From Paecilomyces variotii (lineage: Eukaryota), in the NCBI GenBank assembly GCA_004022145.1, contig RCNU01000004.1: a DNA stretch of 64,000 bases; one strand, given 5' to 3'. Below are positions 12,785 to 25,877 of this stretch, piece by piece. Position 1 is the first letter of the stretch; each line of letters opens with the position of its first letter. The notes beneath the pieces were generated by a model. That model worked only from the letters and a program-made list of their open reading frames with translations, was not told where the DNA came from and searched no databases. A program made the translations under genes and the position numbers.

Positions 12785-13439
12785 GAGATATTCCCTTATG
12801 TTCTTGTTCCTTTTCTTTTCTTTTTTTTTTCCAGGATAACGTCCGCAAGTCATGACCGTTGAGCGAAGTTGGGGCGTTTGATTTACCCTTGACAGATTCA
12901 GTTGCGGTGGAAAGGGCTATGATATTCCGTGATTGATTATTCCTATGTTATTGTGAATGATATACCTTATCACGCTGTATTGTTTCTTTTCTCTTTTACG
13001 CAGTAGCAATACTACTACTACCTTATCTTACCCTTACCTTAGCTCGTCTGGACAATCTCATGGTCCCAGAACCAGATACTAGAATCAATGACATCACCCT
13101 AATATTCCATGATATCCATAATCGGGAAAATATACTGGTACTCTACCATAGAACAGCGCCAAGAAGACCATTATCCCACAACCTCTCTAACTTGATTAGA
13201 TTCCACCTACAAATAGATAGCCTAGCCTGGCCTAACATTCGCTCGTCTATTTAGGTAGATATAGATATATACCATATATCATAGTCGTTCATCATCACAA
13301 AAAGAATTGGCATTGAACCATGACCATTGATTGATTGATTGATCCAGCAGAAATTGCATTTGCGTCACAATTGACAAAATCAGAATTCTTTTTTCTCATC
13401 CGTTGGGGGGGTATCTCGTATCGCGTTGAGTATGTTATT

Positions 13440-14797
13440 TCAAATATCGAGGTGCAATTCACCGCTGAAACCGGGCGGGTGGAAGAAATTAGCGCGGAGG
13501 GGGGTTACACTGTTGATTTTGGTTAGAGTTTGGTTTTGGTAAAAGCGTGGAAGTTCCCGTTGGAAAAAGTTCCCTGTTGGGAAATGGAATGAATGGAATA
13601 GATGTATATATATACCTTGTATAGCCGTTCAGGACGGTATGGGCATCTGTTCCTTCTGGACTCTCCTTGAGACTGCGAACTATGTCTGATAGTTCCGCCG
13701 ACCATTGGAAGTGGCGTTCCTTCACGCGGCTGACTCCGTTGGTCTTGTGTACTCCGTTCACACCGTTAAGACCATCGATTCGATCCACGCCGTTGATGCC
13801 ATTGATTCCATTGATATGATCTCCGTCGTTGCCGCCATTGGTCGTCGGAGGCTGGACTGCATCGGTCTTTGCTGATTGGTTGATCGGTCCTCCATTCAAG
13901 CCGGACCCTTCCGAGTCAGCAACAAGCTCCGCGTACAGACTTCCTTTGGTCCAGTAATTCGGTAAGGCGCGCGTGTATCGCACCGGACGGCTTTCGACGT
14001 CCGACCGCATCGGGATGTTGAGGTTGTATAGTTCGACCCGATCGTCCCAGTGCCGATATAGATGCTCGATCAGCCGCACCGACAGCCGGGATGCCGCACG
14101 GATGACTTCCACGTCCTGCTCTTCCTTACTGCCGAACGACAAGGCAATACCGCGCTTCCCACACGTGGCCGCCTCGAGGGCTCCGCCCACGGTTCCCGAA
14201 GAGAGGTTGTAGATGGTAGATGCGTTGCGTCCGTGGTTGGGGCCGGAGATGACGAGATCGATAGGATCCCTGTCAGGAAAGAGATTGTAGAGTCCCAGCT
14301 GAGTGCAGCTGGCGGGAGTGCCGTTGCTGATGACGGCCCATGCCTGGTCTTCCGCTGATCCAGTCCCGGTCCCTGTCGAGTCCCACGATCCGTCGTCTCG
14401 AAAAGCATCCGGGGGTACGTAGGACGCGGTCAACGAGGCCCCGATAATGTGTGCTTTGCCGATCCATGAGCGTGATGCGGCGGGAATGGCGACGGACACT
14501 AGATGGCCTGCATCCTGGAGAGCGTCGACAAACGGTCGGATATAGGGCGAGAGACGCCTCGAGGGCGGTCCATCATCGTTGACCACCTGTTGATAATAAG
14601 AAGACAATATACACAGGTCAGTTCAACTTGTCCTTAGGAAGTATATGGGGAGGCGCGAAGCATGATGAAAGGAATCGTTTGCGCTGCAGCAGTCTCATAG
14701 ACAAGAAGCCACGGCCGGTGAGGTGAGGTGAGACGGGCTCCGACCGGCCAGTGAGAGAGACACAGCAAGTGACAAGCAGACGTACCAATATATGCAT
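13440..14797 (-). CDS. SurE-like 5'/3'-nucleotidase / acid phosphatase; 3 exons
   Basis: Exon 1 MHIL (14797-14786) splices to VVNDDGPPS, the SurE NDDG motif. Also GTPASC, DLVISGPNHGRN and SSGTVGGALEA. The last exon SVTPLRANFFHPPGFSGELHLDI* ends at 13440. Confidence 0.88.
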
Positions 14798-16391
14798 GAT
14801 GAACCAGGGGTGGGCGGAGGGGAGCTCTCAGCAGAAGACCGGAACTGGAGGAAAGCTCACAGTCAGATTCTCTGCAGGGGGAACTCGCCTCCCCCCGGGG
14901 TTGTTATATAGCGACCTGGGGAAACTGGGGAACCTCCATGGCCACCGAAATTCCCAGTCGAATAGCCGAGTAAAGGCCGGGAGAAAGGAGCTCCTGGCTG
15001 ATTGAGGCTGCGCGACGTCAGTTCTTGGATTACCGTTTTGGGACATCCAGATGGAGAGGCGGCAGGTCAGCTTTCACCGGGCGTGACAAGACAGGTCACA
15101 CTGTTACCGGTATCGCTGGAATCGGCAGCAGGAGCCAATAGCATTGGTAGTCCTGGGTGATAACTGGGGAACCACGTGTGTATGGTACTGAAAGCACCCG
15201 CAACACCGCAGTCCCAAAAGGAGCATGCGGTGAAGCCGTCCTGGTGTTCTCGCCGAATTCTTCTCTTTGAGATGATTGATTATTCCGTCAATCCGGGGTG
15301 ATAACATTGGACAGGAGTCTTCTGCACAGTCTTATTAATATAATATTATCATTATTTATTCTCATCAGGTGGCTAGCATAAAATACTCTAGTTAAGTTAG
15401 CATCACTATTATTGCTGACAACAGCGGGTCTCAACGGGCTGTTTTAATTATAATAATATCTATGTACAGTATGAATATCGGATTGCTCCCGACGGACGGC
15501 TGCCTCTCCTCCGTAGCCCTAGGGCAGAGTGGAAAAAAAACACAAAAAGCACAAAAAAAGCACTGGTGCCAGTGAGACACTCGAGTCCGTTCCAAAGGAT
15601 AGAGTCGAGGAAACGAACTAATTCCCATCATAGTGAACGATTTCTCGTGGAATCCATTAATTAAGCGGGTCCGAACGGGGCGCACAAGCACAGATCTCAC
15701 AGTTCTCCAAGCCCCTGATCGATCTGTCAGTCTGGAGTGCGTCTGTGAGTCAAATCGTAAGTAGCACGCGTTCTCGACCCAACAAGTGAGAAAAAAAGAA
15801 TTTTTGGTAGACGGCCCAAGCCGTTCGTTCAGTTTCCTTAAGCTAGGAACACATCCTGACGACGGTTTTCTAAATAATCGTTGCGTTGTGTCGCCTTTTT
15901 CTCTCGGAGACTTCCTGTCAGCGTGGTCGGTTGCAGTATTACTACTTATTGCATATTATTACTATTATTACCCCAGACGGTTCCCCCATCGCATCCTGTC
16001 CTCCACTCGACTGTATACTAGTAATGGACTTCACCCTCGACCGATGAGCAATTCCCCTCCAGCTCTTGTGGATTCGAGACTTTGAGAAGCGTCTAGTTGC
16101 CTGAACGGTGTCTTGTCCAGTCCGCAAAGGTCCTCCGTGCGCAAAAAAAGGGAGAGGGATCATTAGACCGCAAAACTCGTTGGCGGGGAACTAGTCACCA
16201 GCCGCAGCTCGTATCGACTCACGATCCCCAAGATCCCCGCGTTCTCACCTGGTTTCATCCATTCTTCGATCGTCCCCGTCTCTCTCGTCGGGCTGCAAGA
16301 ACATAGTTCGAATATCTCGAAAGGAATTCGCTGCGGGGTACCGGATTGGACTGCAGCGTCGCTGCCCACGCCCGTGTCTCGCTCAGCTGGT

Positions 16392-19027
16392 ATGGAGTGT
16401 GGGAGCGCTGAACCTCCCCCGGGCTTCGAGCCCAATTTCCTCGAGAACTGGCAGTCAGACGGTGCTTTCTCGATCGCATCGTGGGATAGACCAGGATTCG
16501 ATCAGTCCCCCGAATGGGACACCAGTCAGGAGTCCTCCCAGGCAGACATCGGGGAGTTCAGCTCCCTGCACGGCGCGCTGGCTCGCGATCAGCAGGAGGG
16601 CTCCCATGATTTCCCCAACCTTGATTACAGGTCCGCCTTTCCATCTGACCCATCGCGATAAGAGCAGACGCTGACGAGCCTCGTTCTCTACAGCAATCCC
16701 GGGAAGTCGCAGAACAAGTTTGGCTTCCTCGATGGCACCATCACCCCAGACACCCTTCCATCGTCGACCGACGACAACCTGCCCCGCGAAGAACAATGGA
16801 CACAGTTCCAGATCCCAGAGGCTCTCATGGCAGCAATGCCAATGGACGCGCCCATGTTCTATTCGTACGAGAAAGGGCCCAGAGTAGTAGCGACCAATTC
16901 CGTGATCCTCGATGGCAGTCACAAGCCGCTGGATCAAGGCTTCCACCAGCTGTCCTCAGGGCAAGTAACGCCCTTCCAGCACACGTCGCCCACGTTCCAG
17001 TTGATGAACGAATCATGGCCTGATTCACTCAATGCTGCACCAGCACCCGTTACAGAACTATCTGATGCCGCTGTGTCGGATCCCCAACGCGGAGATGGAG
17101 ATGGGCAGGCCGTGGACTTGCCCGCACCAGCCCAGCCTCTCGACCTGGAATGGTTCGATGAGCTTGACGTGCAGATCCCGGCCAATATGACCTCTACTTT
17201 CTCGGTGGTGCCCCAGAATCTGGGCCTCTACGATGACTATCAGGTAATGAAGAAGGAATCTCTGGAGCATTCTGACAGCCCTCTTTCGGGCCCGGAAGAC
17301 GTCTCCAGTGCCTTTGATGGTTCTTACTCTGCAACTCATGATGATATATCGGCGTTCGCCAACCGCCAGCTCAGTGAGGAAGATACTCGTTTTATGGAAT
17401 GGAGCGATGTGTCCCCAGGCAGCAGCACGTCGAATCTCTCGCATATCATTCCCAATGCAGGTGGATTCGCTGTCGGTCAAGGGATGCAGCAGTCAGCATC
17501 CGCCTCGATTCCTGCAAAGGCTCGAAGCGCGTCCTCGCTCGCACACCGAGGGTTGGCACGTCACACCTCGCTTTCTCTACAACCGGTCACGACGGCAAGG
17601 AAGAGGAAGCAGCGCAATGCTGCTTCCATCGACATTTCTCAGCAGCCGAAACCACTGCAAATCGTGCAAGAGGATGGTCAAGGAGGGTCGATTTCCTCGG
17701 CCGATTTCGTCTCTCCTCCGCGCGGAGCTCGTCGGAAGGGTCCCCTGAGTACCGTGGGAAGAGCCAACGCGGGAATGCGCCGGAAGAACAAGGATACTTG
17801 TGTTCAGTGTCGTCTGAATAAGCGCAAGGTATGTTCCTTTCAAACACCACGACTTCTATGATACTCTTGAAACTGACTCGAATCTAGTGTGATGGAGGCG
17901 CGCCGTGTGATGCATGCCGTCCTACGCTACACGAGCAACCCTGCGCACGCGCGTGCTTTGCCAGCATCGTGGAATACGGAACGTGCAACTACATCTGTAA
18001 GATAATCGTCTTCCTTTGTTAGGATACAGCGCTAATGTATCGCAGCCCAACGAGCCATTAATCACCCTACGTTGAGCGGGACTGGCAGGATGCGAATGGA
18101 AATCCCTTCCGCCTTCAACTTGAACGACCTCCTTTCGCTCCTCAGTGAACGCAGGGGTCGATTCAACATCCGCGCGACCCAAGCCTGGGGCACTCTATAC
18201 GTTCTGGATTTGGGCGAGACCTACAAGTTTCTCAAGGGACTAACTGAGTACAACGGCAACGCTAGCTCCACCTTCCTGGAATTCATAGACCGTCGAATCA
18301 TCGAGTCCAAAGACAAGTCAAAGAATTGGCTTGCTTGTGTTCGAGACTGCGATCCCATGAATAACATCTTTGTAAGTCTTGACATTCTTTGAAGGGCCAC
18401 GAGTCACGCTTACTGATTGTTTCTGTCATCCAGTCTCTGTTGTCACAGTGGAACAACATGCCAAGTCGAGCTGCATACAGCTTCGTTCCGGTTGATGAAA
18501 ATGGACAGGAACGTCTCATGGACGTCAACGATCCGGAAGACCAAAAAGAGATCTTATTGGCGGCACAGTTGTCACGTATCTTCTGCCGCATGCTTGAGGT
18601 TGAGGGTTTCCGAAAGCTAGAACGCGACTTCTACAACATCAAATGGAAGCGCATCTCGCATGAAGCACATCTGCGCTTCCTTGACGAACTCGGTCACATC
18701 CTCCTCACCCTCCGCTGGCGCGTTTCCTGGTGGAAGCTCTTGGGTGACGGCGGTGTCGACCCAGACCCCAGTAAACAACACTATGTCGACCGCGTGCAAC
18801 TCCTATGCAGGATTCTCTACGTTTATTACACCAGCGTGCTCGCCAAACTGCCATCCTGGTCTGCTGCAGATGTTCCCAAGGGAGTATGGTCCACCTACGC
18901 TGATGCGAATCCGGTCTGGGATGACTTCCCCGCGGATGCAACGGACAACGGCTTCAATGAATGGATGGAGAGAGGCCGTGATCTCATCGAACAAGGCGGC
19001 GTTCCAAGCCGTGTCGCGAAATTCTAG
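16392..19027 (+). CDS. Zn(II)2Cys6 transcription factor-like protein with a centrally placed binuclear cluster; 5 exons
   Basis: Introns at ~16631-16693, 17829-17887, 17996-18045 and 18372-18433 join ORFs 16374, 16827, 18072 and 18389. The spliced motif CVQCRLNKRKCDGGAPCDACRPTLHEQPC is C-x2-C-x6-C-x5-C-x2-C-x8-C. Confidence 0.85.
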
Positions 19028-19739
19028 AAGCTTGGGTGCAACTATTTCTTATCGGCGGATTGATGCATTTCTGGATACCCTCATTGCAATTGGATCAGAC
19101 GGCGTATAGACGCGGGGGCGATAATGATTGATGAATCTTGTGCACATGTTTTAGATGGGCCCCTAGACTGCTTCTTCTTCTACTTCGGGTGGTTTGTGCT
19201 ACATCTTATTATTTCTTCATTATAGATAATCTCCCATCTATTGGACCTCAGATATTGTCATTTAATTTGTACATACCTCATCACTGACATATACAACTTT
19301 TGGAATATGCATGATCGTCTATTATAACCAGTTTTATCCAGGTGGTATCATAAAAAGGCAGCGCCGAACGAGATCAGTCTCTGACGCGGGCGTCCCATGC
19401 ACCTCTCATTCCTTTTCGTGTCCAAGGCGTTTACGACAGGACAGGACTGGGACTGGTCTCGTCCGGCCATAAACACTGCGGCCAGCCACGTCGTACCCGA
19501 ACCCCTGTTTCGGCTTGGTTCCAGTAGCCATGGCTTCCCGTTCGCATGGGCAGAGAGCATCCGTGTCCGCATTAAGTCGGGAGTAACAAGGAACAGCCTG
19601 TAAAGGAACATCACGACACTTCTCCCTGTACCGGATGATATGAGTCGAGGCTGTGATCGACACCCAACAGAGCCAAGGACATCAAGCAAGAACTCCATAT
19701 CTCAAATTTCCAAATATACGCTCCTTGAACTTTCAACCC

Positions 19740-20239
19740 TCACTTCCTTTGAGCCCCATTCTTATCCTTTCCCTTTTCCTTTTTATCTTTCTTTCCACCC
19801 GCAAGAAGTTCCAAATGTCCCGCCCGCTCAGCCAAGTTCCGCTCCGTCTTGTTGATCAGACCGGAGGTGAGTTTCTACATGATGAAATCACGTTAGATCC
19901 GATCCGACTGCGACTCGACATGTACCCTTGAATAGAACCAGGAAAAAGAGAGATGGGGGTCGATATGACGCACCTTGGTGATTTTTCGCTGCTTTACCAA
20001 CGATGCTTTCTTGGGCGCGATGGAACGTTGGCCTTTCTTAGGACCGAGGGCGTTAGGTCTGAATTGTTCGTTAGCCTGACTAAATCTTCTTTCAAAAGAT
20101 GGAGAGATCGAGTGTTCCGCCATGATTATCCGACATGACATGACATGACATGACATGAACTCAATAGATAGGACACGACATACCGCTTCGACGCCGTCGC
20201 CGCACCGGGCTTGGACTTCTTGAGGGCTCCTTGGGTCAT
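19740..20239 (-). CDS. Small basic protein, UPF0390/DUF2462 (C19orf53-like) family; 3 exons
   Basis: Spliced product [91 protein letters not shown], with GTATGT and GTGCGT donors. Confidence 0.85.
20132..20158. repeat. (GACAT)5 microsatellite inside intron 1 of the UPF0390 gene
   Basis: gacatgacatgacatgacatgacatga read directly. Confidence 0.9.
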
Positions 20240-20342
20240 TGTTTTTCTTTGTTTTTGTTTTCGTGAGATACCGAAGCAGTGGTATTATTATCACATAAAG
20301 AGAGATCTATTCAAAGCGAATTTCCGTTCCACGAAATGGGCC

Positions 20343-20368
20343 GGGGGGGGGGGGGGGGGGGGGGGGGG
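20343..20368. repeat. Poly-G homopolymer (26 nt)
   Basis: Uninterrupted G run about 100 bp upstream of the minus-strand ATG at 20239. Confidence 0.95.
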
Positions 20369-20750
20369 TTTTTTGTCCCTCTCTTTTCTTCCTTCCCCGG
20401 TCTGGGAAAATTCCTTATCTCGATCAAAACTTATCGGGAGGTCACGTGGTTGGTTGGTGAGTTAGTTACTGCGGGAACGGGGTAAGTTAGTTAACTAGTG
20501 CGGTGCTTTGATTGGTTGAGTACGGTCCATACTTAAGTTAACTCTTGAAGTGTGTATGGTATTCCTCTACGACTGTTAACTACCTAGGTAGTAGGGCGTT
20601 GTTTCGAAAGAAGAATAGATTAGGTATATACTGATAAATACTCATTATTTCTTACACTAACTAAACATATAGTAAACATAACATAACATATACATGATGC
20701 AACATCCGATTCGATCTTGTTCTCTCAGGTAAGTACCTAAGGTATATAGA

Positions 20751-22663
20751 TTAATACCATCTCAACGACACAAACACCGGCCGACCCTGTCCGTAGACCA
20801 ACTCCAGATTCACAACCTTACTACCCGATCTCTTTGCGATGTGAATCTGCGACCCGTCTGCGATATCCTCCACTCGAGCCGTGAAATCGATTGGGGCCCC
20901 GTCAGGCGGCGGGGTCGGTCGGACCGCAAATCGGCCGCGTTTAGGCCCTTCCATTTCGAAATTCATCCAGATATGATTTGCCATTACGTGGAGGATCGTG
21001 TCTTCGTCGAGGTCATGGCCGTCGGAGATATGTTTGCTATTCAGGAATTGGGTCGATGTGGATCCGTCGGATACTGATTCTGGAGAGACCGGGTGTGCTG
21101 GTGGAGGGAGGGATAGAGACGATATGGAGGATGGAAGGGTTGATGGTGTTCTGGCTCTGGTAGCGGCAGAGGTATGTCCGGTGCTGGTGAGTCTGTTGCT
21201 GGAGACGGATCTCGTGCTTGTATTTGTATTTGTATTTGTATCTGAGGGTGTGATTCCAGATAAAATTCGTTCGCGAAGATCGAGCAAATCGAGAGAGGGA
21301 AGATGATCGGCTGATTGAGCCATGGCCTCCCTTCCGATGCGATCATTGACTTCTGAAAGAGCTGCTCGCAGTCGCATCCGGCCTGTGGGAGGATACTGAG
21401 CTAAATCGGGTACGGTCCATTGGCCGTGCAGGTGTCCCTGTGTTTGGGAAAGGAAGAATGATCCATGCGAGTAGATGAATGAGTTGCATAAGTAACATGC
21501 TGCTTTGCTGGCACCGATGACTCGTGGTCGTATACGGACGCCGTTTTCTTCACTCTCGTAAAACGCGACCATCTGCACTTCGGCATGGACATGGCAGAAG
21601 TGAGTCAATTGTCCAGAGTGGGATTGAAACATAGTGGATTGGTAAGGAGTCAGGATGTCGTATCTGAGGTTGGAAAATAAGTCTGCATACTTCCTAGCTG
21701 CTGAGGTCAGATTGGCCGAGAGACTCCAGTATCGTCCGATTTTCCCTATCTGCTGGATGGCAGCTTTGCTGAAACAGCACCGCTTGTCTCTATCGGGGTA
21801 TTGAGACGTCGAAATAGATCTGGCCCACCATTGAAAGGCCTCGTTGCTTTCTCGACAAACTGCCTTGAGGGCCTGTATCTCTCTACCCCTCTCGGGGATA
21901 TCCTCTACGGAACGGTATGTGTCAGATAACGTATTCAAGATATCGCACACTGGACCCGTGCTGTTGGAACAACAGCAATGGGAACTCCGAAGTCTCAGAA
22001 CTATTTGATTTAGTGCTTTATAGAGAGGTGTAGGATGTCCATTGCCGATTTTTGAAGCGTACGATGCGCTCCTCTCCCAACGGCTCGAGTGCAGACGCGC
22101 ATGGATTCGATCGCGATTGAGTCTGATGACGATATCAAATACCCTCTCTGTGCACTCATTTCGCGATATTCCTTGAGAAAAGATCGCACTGTTAGGATAA
22201 CTCTACAATGTATATTGTCAGGGGTTTGGGGATTAAGGGACAAACGTTTCTTAGCGCGATCAACAAGTAACCCTAGAATATCCTTGAGTGCTTTCCGTAC
22301 CCTTGTCGTCACTGGTTCATCGGCCGCTAGACGCACGACTAATCCTTCAGGCTCCGACTGCTCTTCTATGCAAACTGCAGAAGTTGCTTTGGACTCAGGC
22401 TCCGCGGCAACTAGAAATGCAAAGTCTTCCGCCAATTGCTGCTCCGTGTTGAAGGGTATAATGTAGTCCTGCGAGGACAGCTCCGCTCGTCGCTTCTCCC
22501 AGCCATCTCGTGGGACAGTTTCCTTTGGACCAGGTCTGGTCTTAAAGGATTTCTCCAGAGAGGCTATATTTTGACGGAATGTTCCCTGGTTGATTCCTTG
22601 CCATATTGAGTCGTCCGGTGGTGCTGTGCTCACCGGCAAGTACTGTTGGTCCTTGAGCAGCAT
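20751..22663 (-). CDS. OTT_1508-like zinc-dependent nucleic-acid/nucleotide deaminase (~610 aa); 2 exons (intron ~22245-22172)
   Basis: HVHAEVQM...RPRVIGASKAACYLC supplies HxE plus CxxC zinc ligands with the IGxSK motif of the OTT_1508-like clade. The N-terminal EQQLAEDFAFL...SAVCIEE...LVVRLAA segment fits fungal members. A GTTTGT...CTAAC...AAG intron joins ORFs 22010..22693 and 20751..21950 in frame. Confidence 0.82.
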
Positions 22664-23521
22664 TGGTGATTTCTGCCAAGCTGGGTCAAACAATGTAGTA
22701 TATTATCATCGGGAAATAATGTCAAAAATATAAATATAGCCTAAAGAAAAGCATATCAGTAGAGAGGAAGTCCTAAGAATTATGCGTCTGGAAGCGGACA
22801 TTATGTGCGTGAAATCAAGGTGCTCTGTGGTCTCCACCACATTCGATCTATGAAACCACGCTACCAGCTGGCAACTGGTAAGTGATAGAGAGGCGGCCAG
22901 CACATATTTGCGGAAGATGATTATTGGCAGAGTTGTCTGCATAGTGAGCGAACGAGTGCCTGATTCTCGAGGAGAATGTTGGTTGTTGCTCGTCTGGTGT
23001 GGGACCACGTGTTGCTCGCTGCAGCTGTTCCCAAGCAGTCGCTCGAACTCGCGGGGTGGTGGGATCGAGAGTCTGCTTTGCACAACAGACAGACGACCGC
23101 AAGGTAAGCTCTGGATGAGTTGTCTGAGTATGGTTCTCTCTGATTCAGTAATGCCGGTGCGGTATGCGATCTTGTCACACTGAAGTGAGCTATTCTATGA
23201 GATCCATATTCGATCGAGTGACGGTTAAACATCTGGCGATGCCAAGCCTACGAGTAAGAAGTAAAGGAACCTTTGGAATTGTGAGTATGCGGCCGTGATA
23301 TCAAGCACCAGGCCATATTAGAATACCCAATTCGAGACTGGAAGCGAAGAATTGCACGATTAAACGGACTAACTCCGAAAAACCTCCGCTCTCAATTGAC
23401 TCGTGGTATTAACGCTCGTGCACTGGCGATTATGATATAATAAATATATGCAATAAATTTAGTTAGCTCCAATTGTCGATGGAGAAGGTCCTGGATTGGC
23501 TGACTGCAAAGGAAGGAAATG

Positions 23522-25562
23522 TTATGCTCTCTGCCTGATCTTCTCCATCGCGCCCTCTGTGCGCGCGAGCTTCTGGAAGATGCGCTTTGCCAAGCTTCCC
23601 TCACAGTGATCATGGCCATCCTCAGTCAAGCTATGCTGGTGCAGATCACGCTTGAAGCTGACACCTGGAGTGACAGTGATGCAGTTGTACCGTGCTTCTG
23701 CCGCACGTAGCTGGCAAATCTCATCCGTAACACAGGAGCCAGTGCAGCTATCCACGTCGTACCCTCTCCACTTCCGAGCCCAGTACTCGTCGAAAGTGCT
23801 TGAATTGCTAGCAAGCACTTCCGTCACATTATGCCAGAAGGCGGGAGTTAATTCTGCGGAGGGGTCGGTCAACGGCGGCGTCACCAGCGGTCCGTAGGCC
23901 TCTTTGACTGAATAATACTTCTCCCATACGGGGCCATCTGTCTGATAGGTGCTGGTAGACATGTTGGTGATATATGTTATCATGTCGAGGATGCCAAAGG
24001 TCACAGGATCGACGGTGAAGACCCGAAAGGCAGGGTTGCCGCTGGTTGGCGTCAGCGCTGGAGCGACGTAAGACATGGCGACTGCATTGTCGGCTATTCG
24101 AGAGGAATAGTTGCTATACGCAATCTCGAATTCGTCCTTGTGAGTGTGGCCTGACGTCGTGTCAGCTGCAATCGTTTTCGAGATAGATAAATCAGAGCGT
24201 CCATACCGTAGAATTGCGCAGCAATGGTAGCTTGGTACCGGTTCACAATTTGATTGAAATAGTTGGACCCGTCATGGAGAGCGTCGCCAGACCCCATAGG
24301 CATGTGGCCGATGATATACACGCGCTCGCCTGCATCCTCAGCTGCCTGAAGCTCACCAACCAACCAAGCTAGCTGACCACTAGGATCTCTCTCCATGGTA
24401 GCTTCGTATAGCCAAAAATTCTCCTTATAGTACATATTCGTGTTGATGGAGATGATTCGCAGGTTGCCATTTGGATACCGCACCGAGTACGCTCCCGAGT
24501 TCGTGTCCGCTCTTGCAGCATCTGTCGAGCCAATCCAGGTGCTCCAGAGGTTTGACAAAGTATCATATACCCATTGACTGCTCATTGTCGTGCTCACCGC
24601 AGAGGGAGGGAAACTGTTCACGGGATTGGAATCGTGGTTACCAACCGCTCCATACACCGACTGATTCCGCAACATGGACTGCATCTTGCTATAAGCATTG
24701 TTGAGATCGTTGGTCACTTCTGTCTCGGTTGTCATCCATACTGCACCTTCGACTACGTCTCCGGTGAATAGTGTGAATGCGGCATCAGGAACTATGTCCG
24801 TGATCGCGTTGTACAGACTTTCCTCGAGGCTGGGGGGCGAGTCACATTCATGGTTGCCATATGGCCCTGCCGGATAAGATGTGTTTCCGGGAGCATCTGC
24901 CGCTGTATACGAACGGCAGCAAATATTCTTGGTGCAGTTCCAGTTGGCCCCGGTCTCGTAGAACCGATCAACGTGAATATCACTGATCTGGACGATCTGA
25001 AGAGGAGTCTCGCCGCTCACAGATGGTCGAACGACTGTACTGTTTTCGACTGGGAAGGGCACCTGGTACTCGGTAACTTCAGGATAATCGCATAGTCCGA
25101 ATACGGTGCTGCAGAACAATTGTGCTGTCTTTGTGCCGACTGTCAAAGAGCGCAGATCATGTGCCAGGATGGGACCTTCACGGGAGATTGCACCAGAGCA
25201 GACGTCAGAATCTTCTAACTAGAAGAAGTCAGCTCCCATTCTCTCTCCTGAAGCAGCATAATAAAGTACCTGCAGACCGACACAGACATCGGTGATCGCG
25301 CCAACAAAAGCATCGTTGCCTAGGTGCGCAAGGCCTTGGAGGAGGACGAGGAGGGACTATATTATGGTCAGCACCAGTTAACTGCAGTTAGTTACTAGGT
25401 TCAGCTTACTTCACATGCCGTGCAGTCTACTGCATCCTCAATTGCTGTGATGATATCGTTTGCCGTATCATTGCGAGGGAGGAGAGCCAACCCGGCATTG
25501 AGTGGGATGGCAAGCAGGGAGATGAGGACGGCGATGTCCGCAAGAAGAGCATATAACCTCAT
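23522..25562 (-). CDS. Secreted acid sphingomyelinase (sphingomyelin phosphodiesterase, metallophosphoesterase with saposin-like N-terminus); 4 exons
   Basis: Signal peptide MRLYALLADIAVLISLL; metallophosphoesterase motifs SDIHVD, TGD, VGNHD, IIGH and (spliced) FYGHTHKD; CTKNICCR cysteine motif; YVAPALTPTSGNPAFR. Confidence 0.92.
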
Positions 25563-25877
25563 GTTGCTCTCTTGTTATCGAGGTTATAGTTATCGGCTGG
25601 ACGATACTGCTCGCGATGGACAACGCTGGCTCCAGCCATCCTCATTCTTTAGAAGAGGCGAACATCTATATTTAAGCGTGTCCTCGGTGTCTATTTAATT
25701 TTGCGATGTGATGCGATCGATGGAGCAGGATCGGAGTATGATCCCAATTCTGACAGATCTTCGGCAGGAAGCGGCATTGCTAAAAATAGCCAGTATCCCA
25801 TTTGTGTCTGCATTGATGTTAACCCCTGGGTCGTTTAAAGATCCCCGTTGTTGTCGAGATGGAGGGGATAGGGGAAT

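Noticed and set aside
16659..16661. Apparent premature stop in the Zn2Cys6 gene, suggesting readthrough or RNA editing
   Set aside because: The TAA lies inside a canonical 63-nt intron (16631-16693) whose removal restores the frame.
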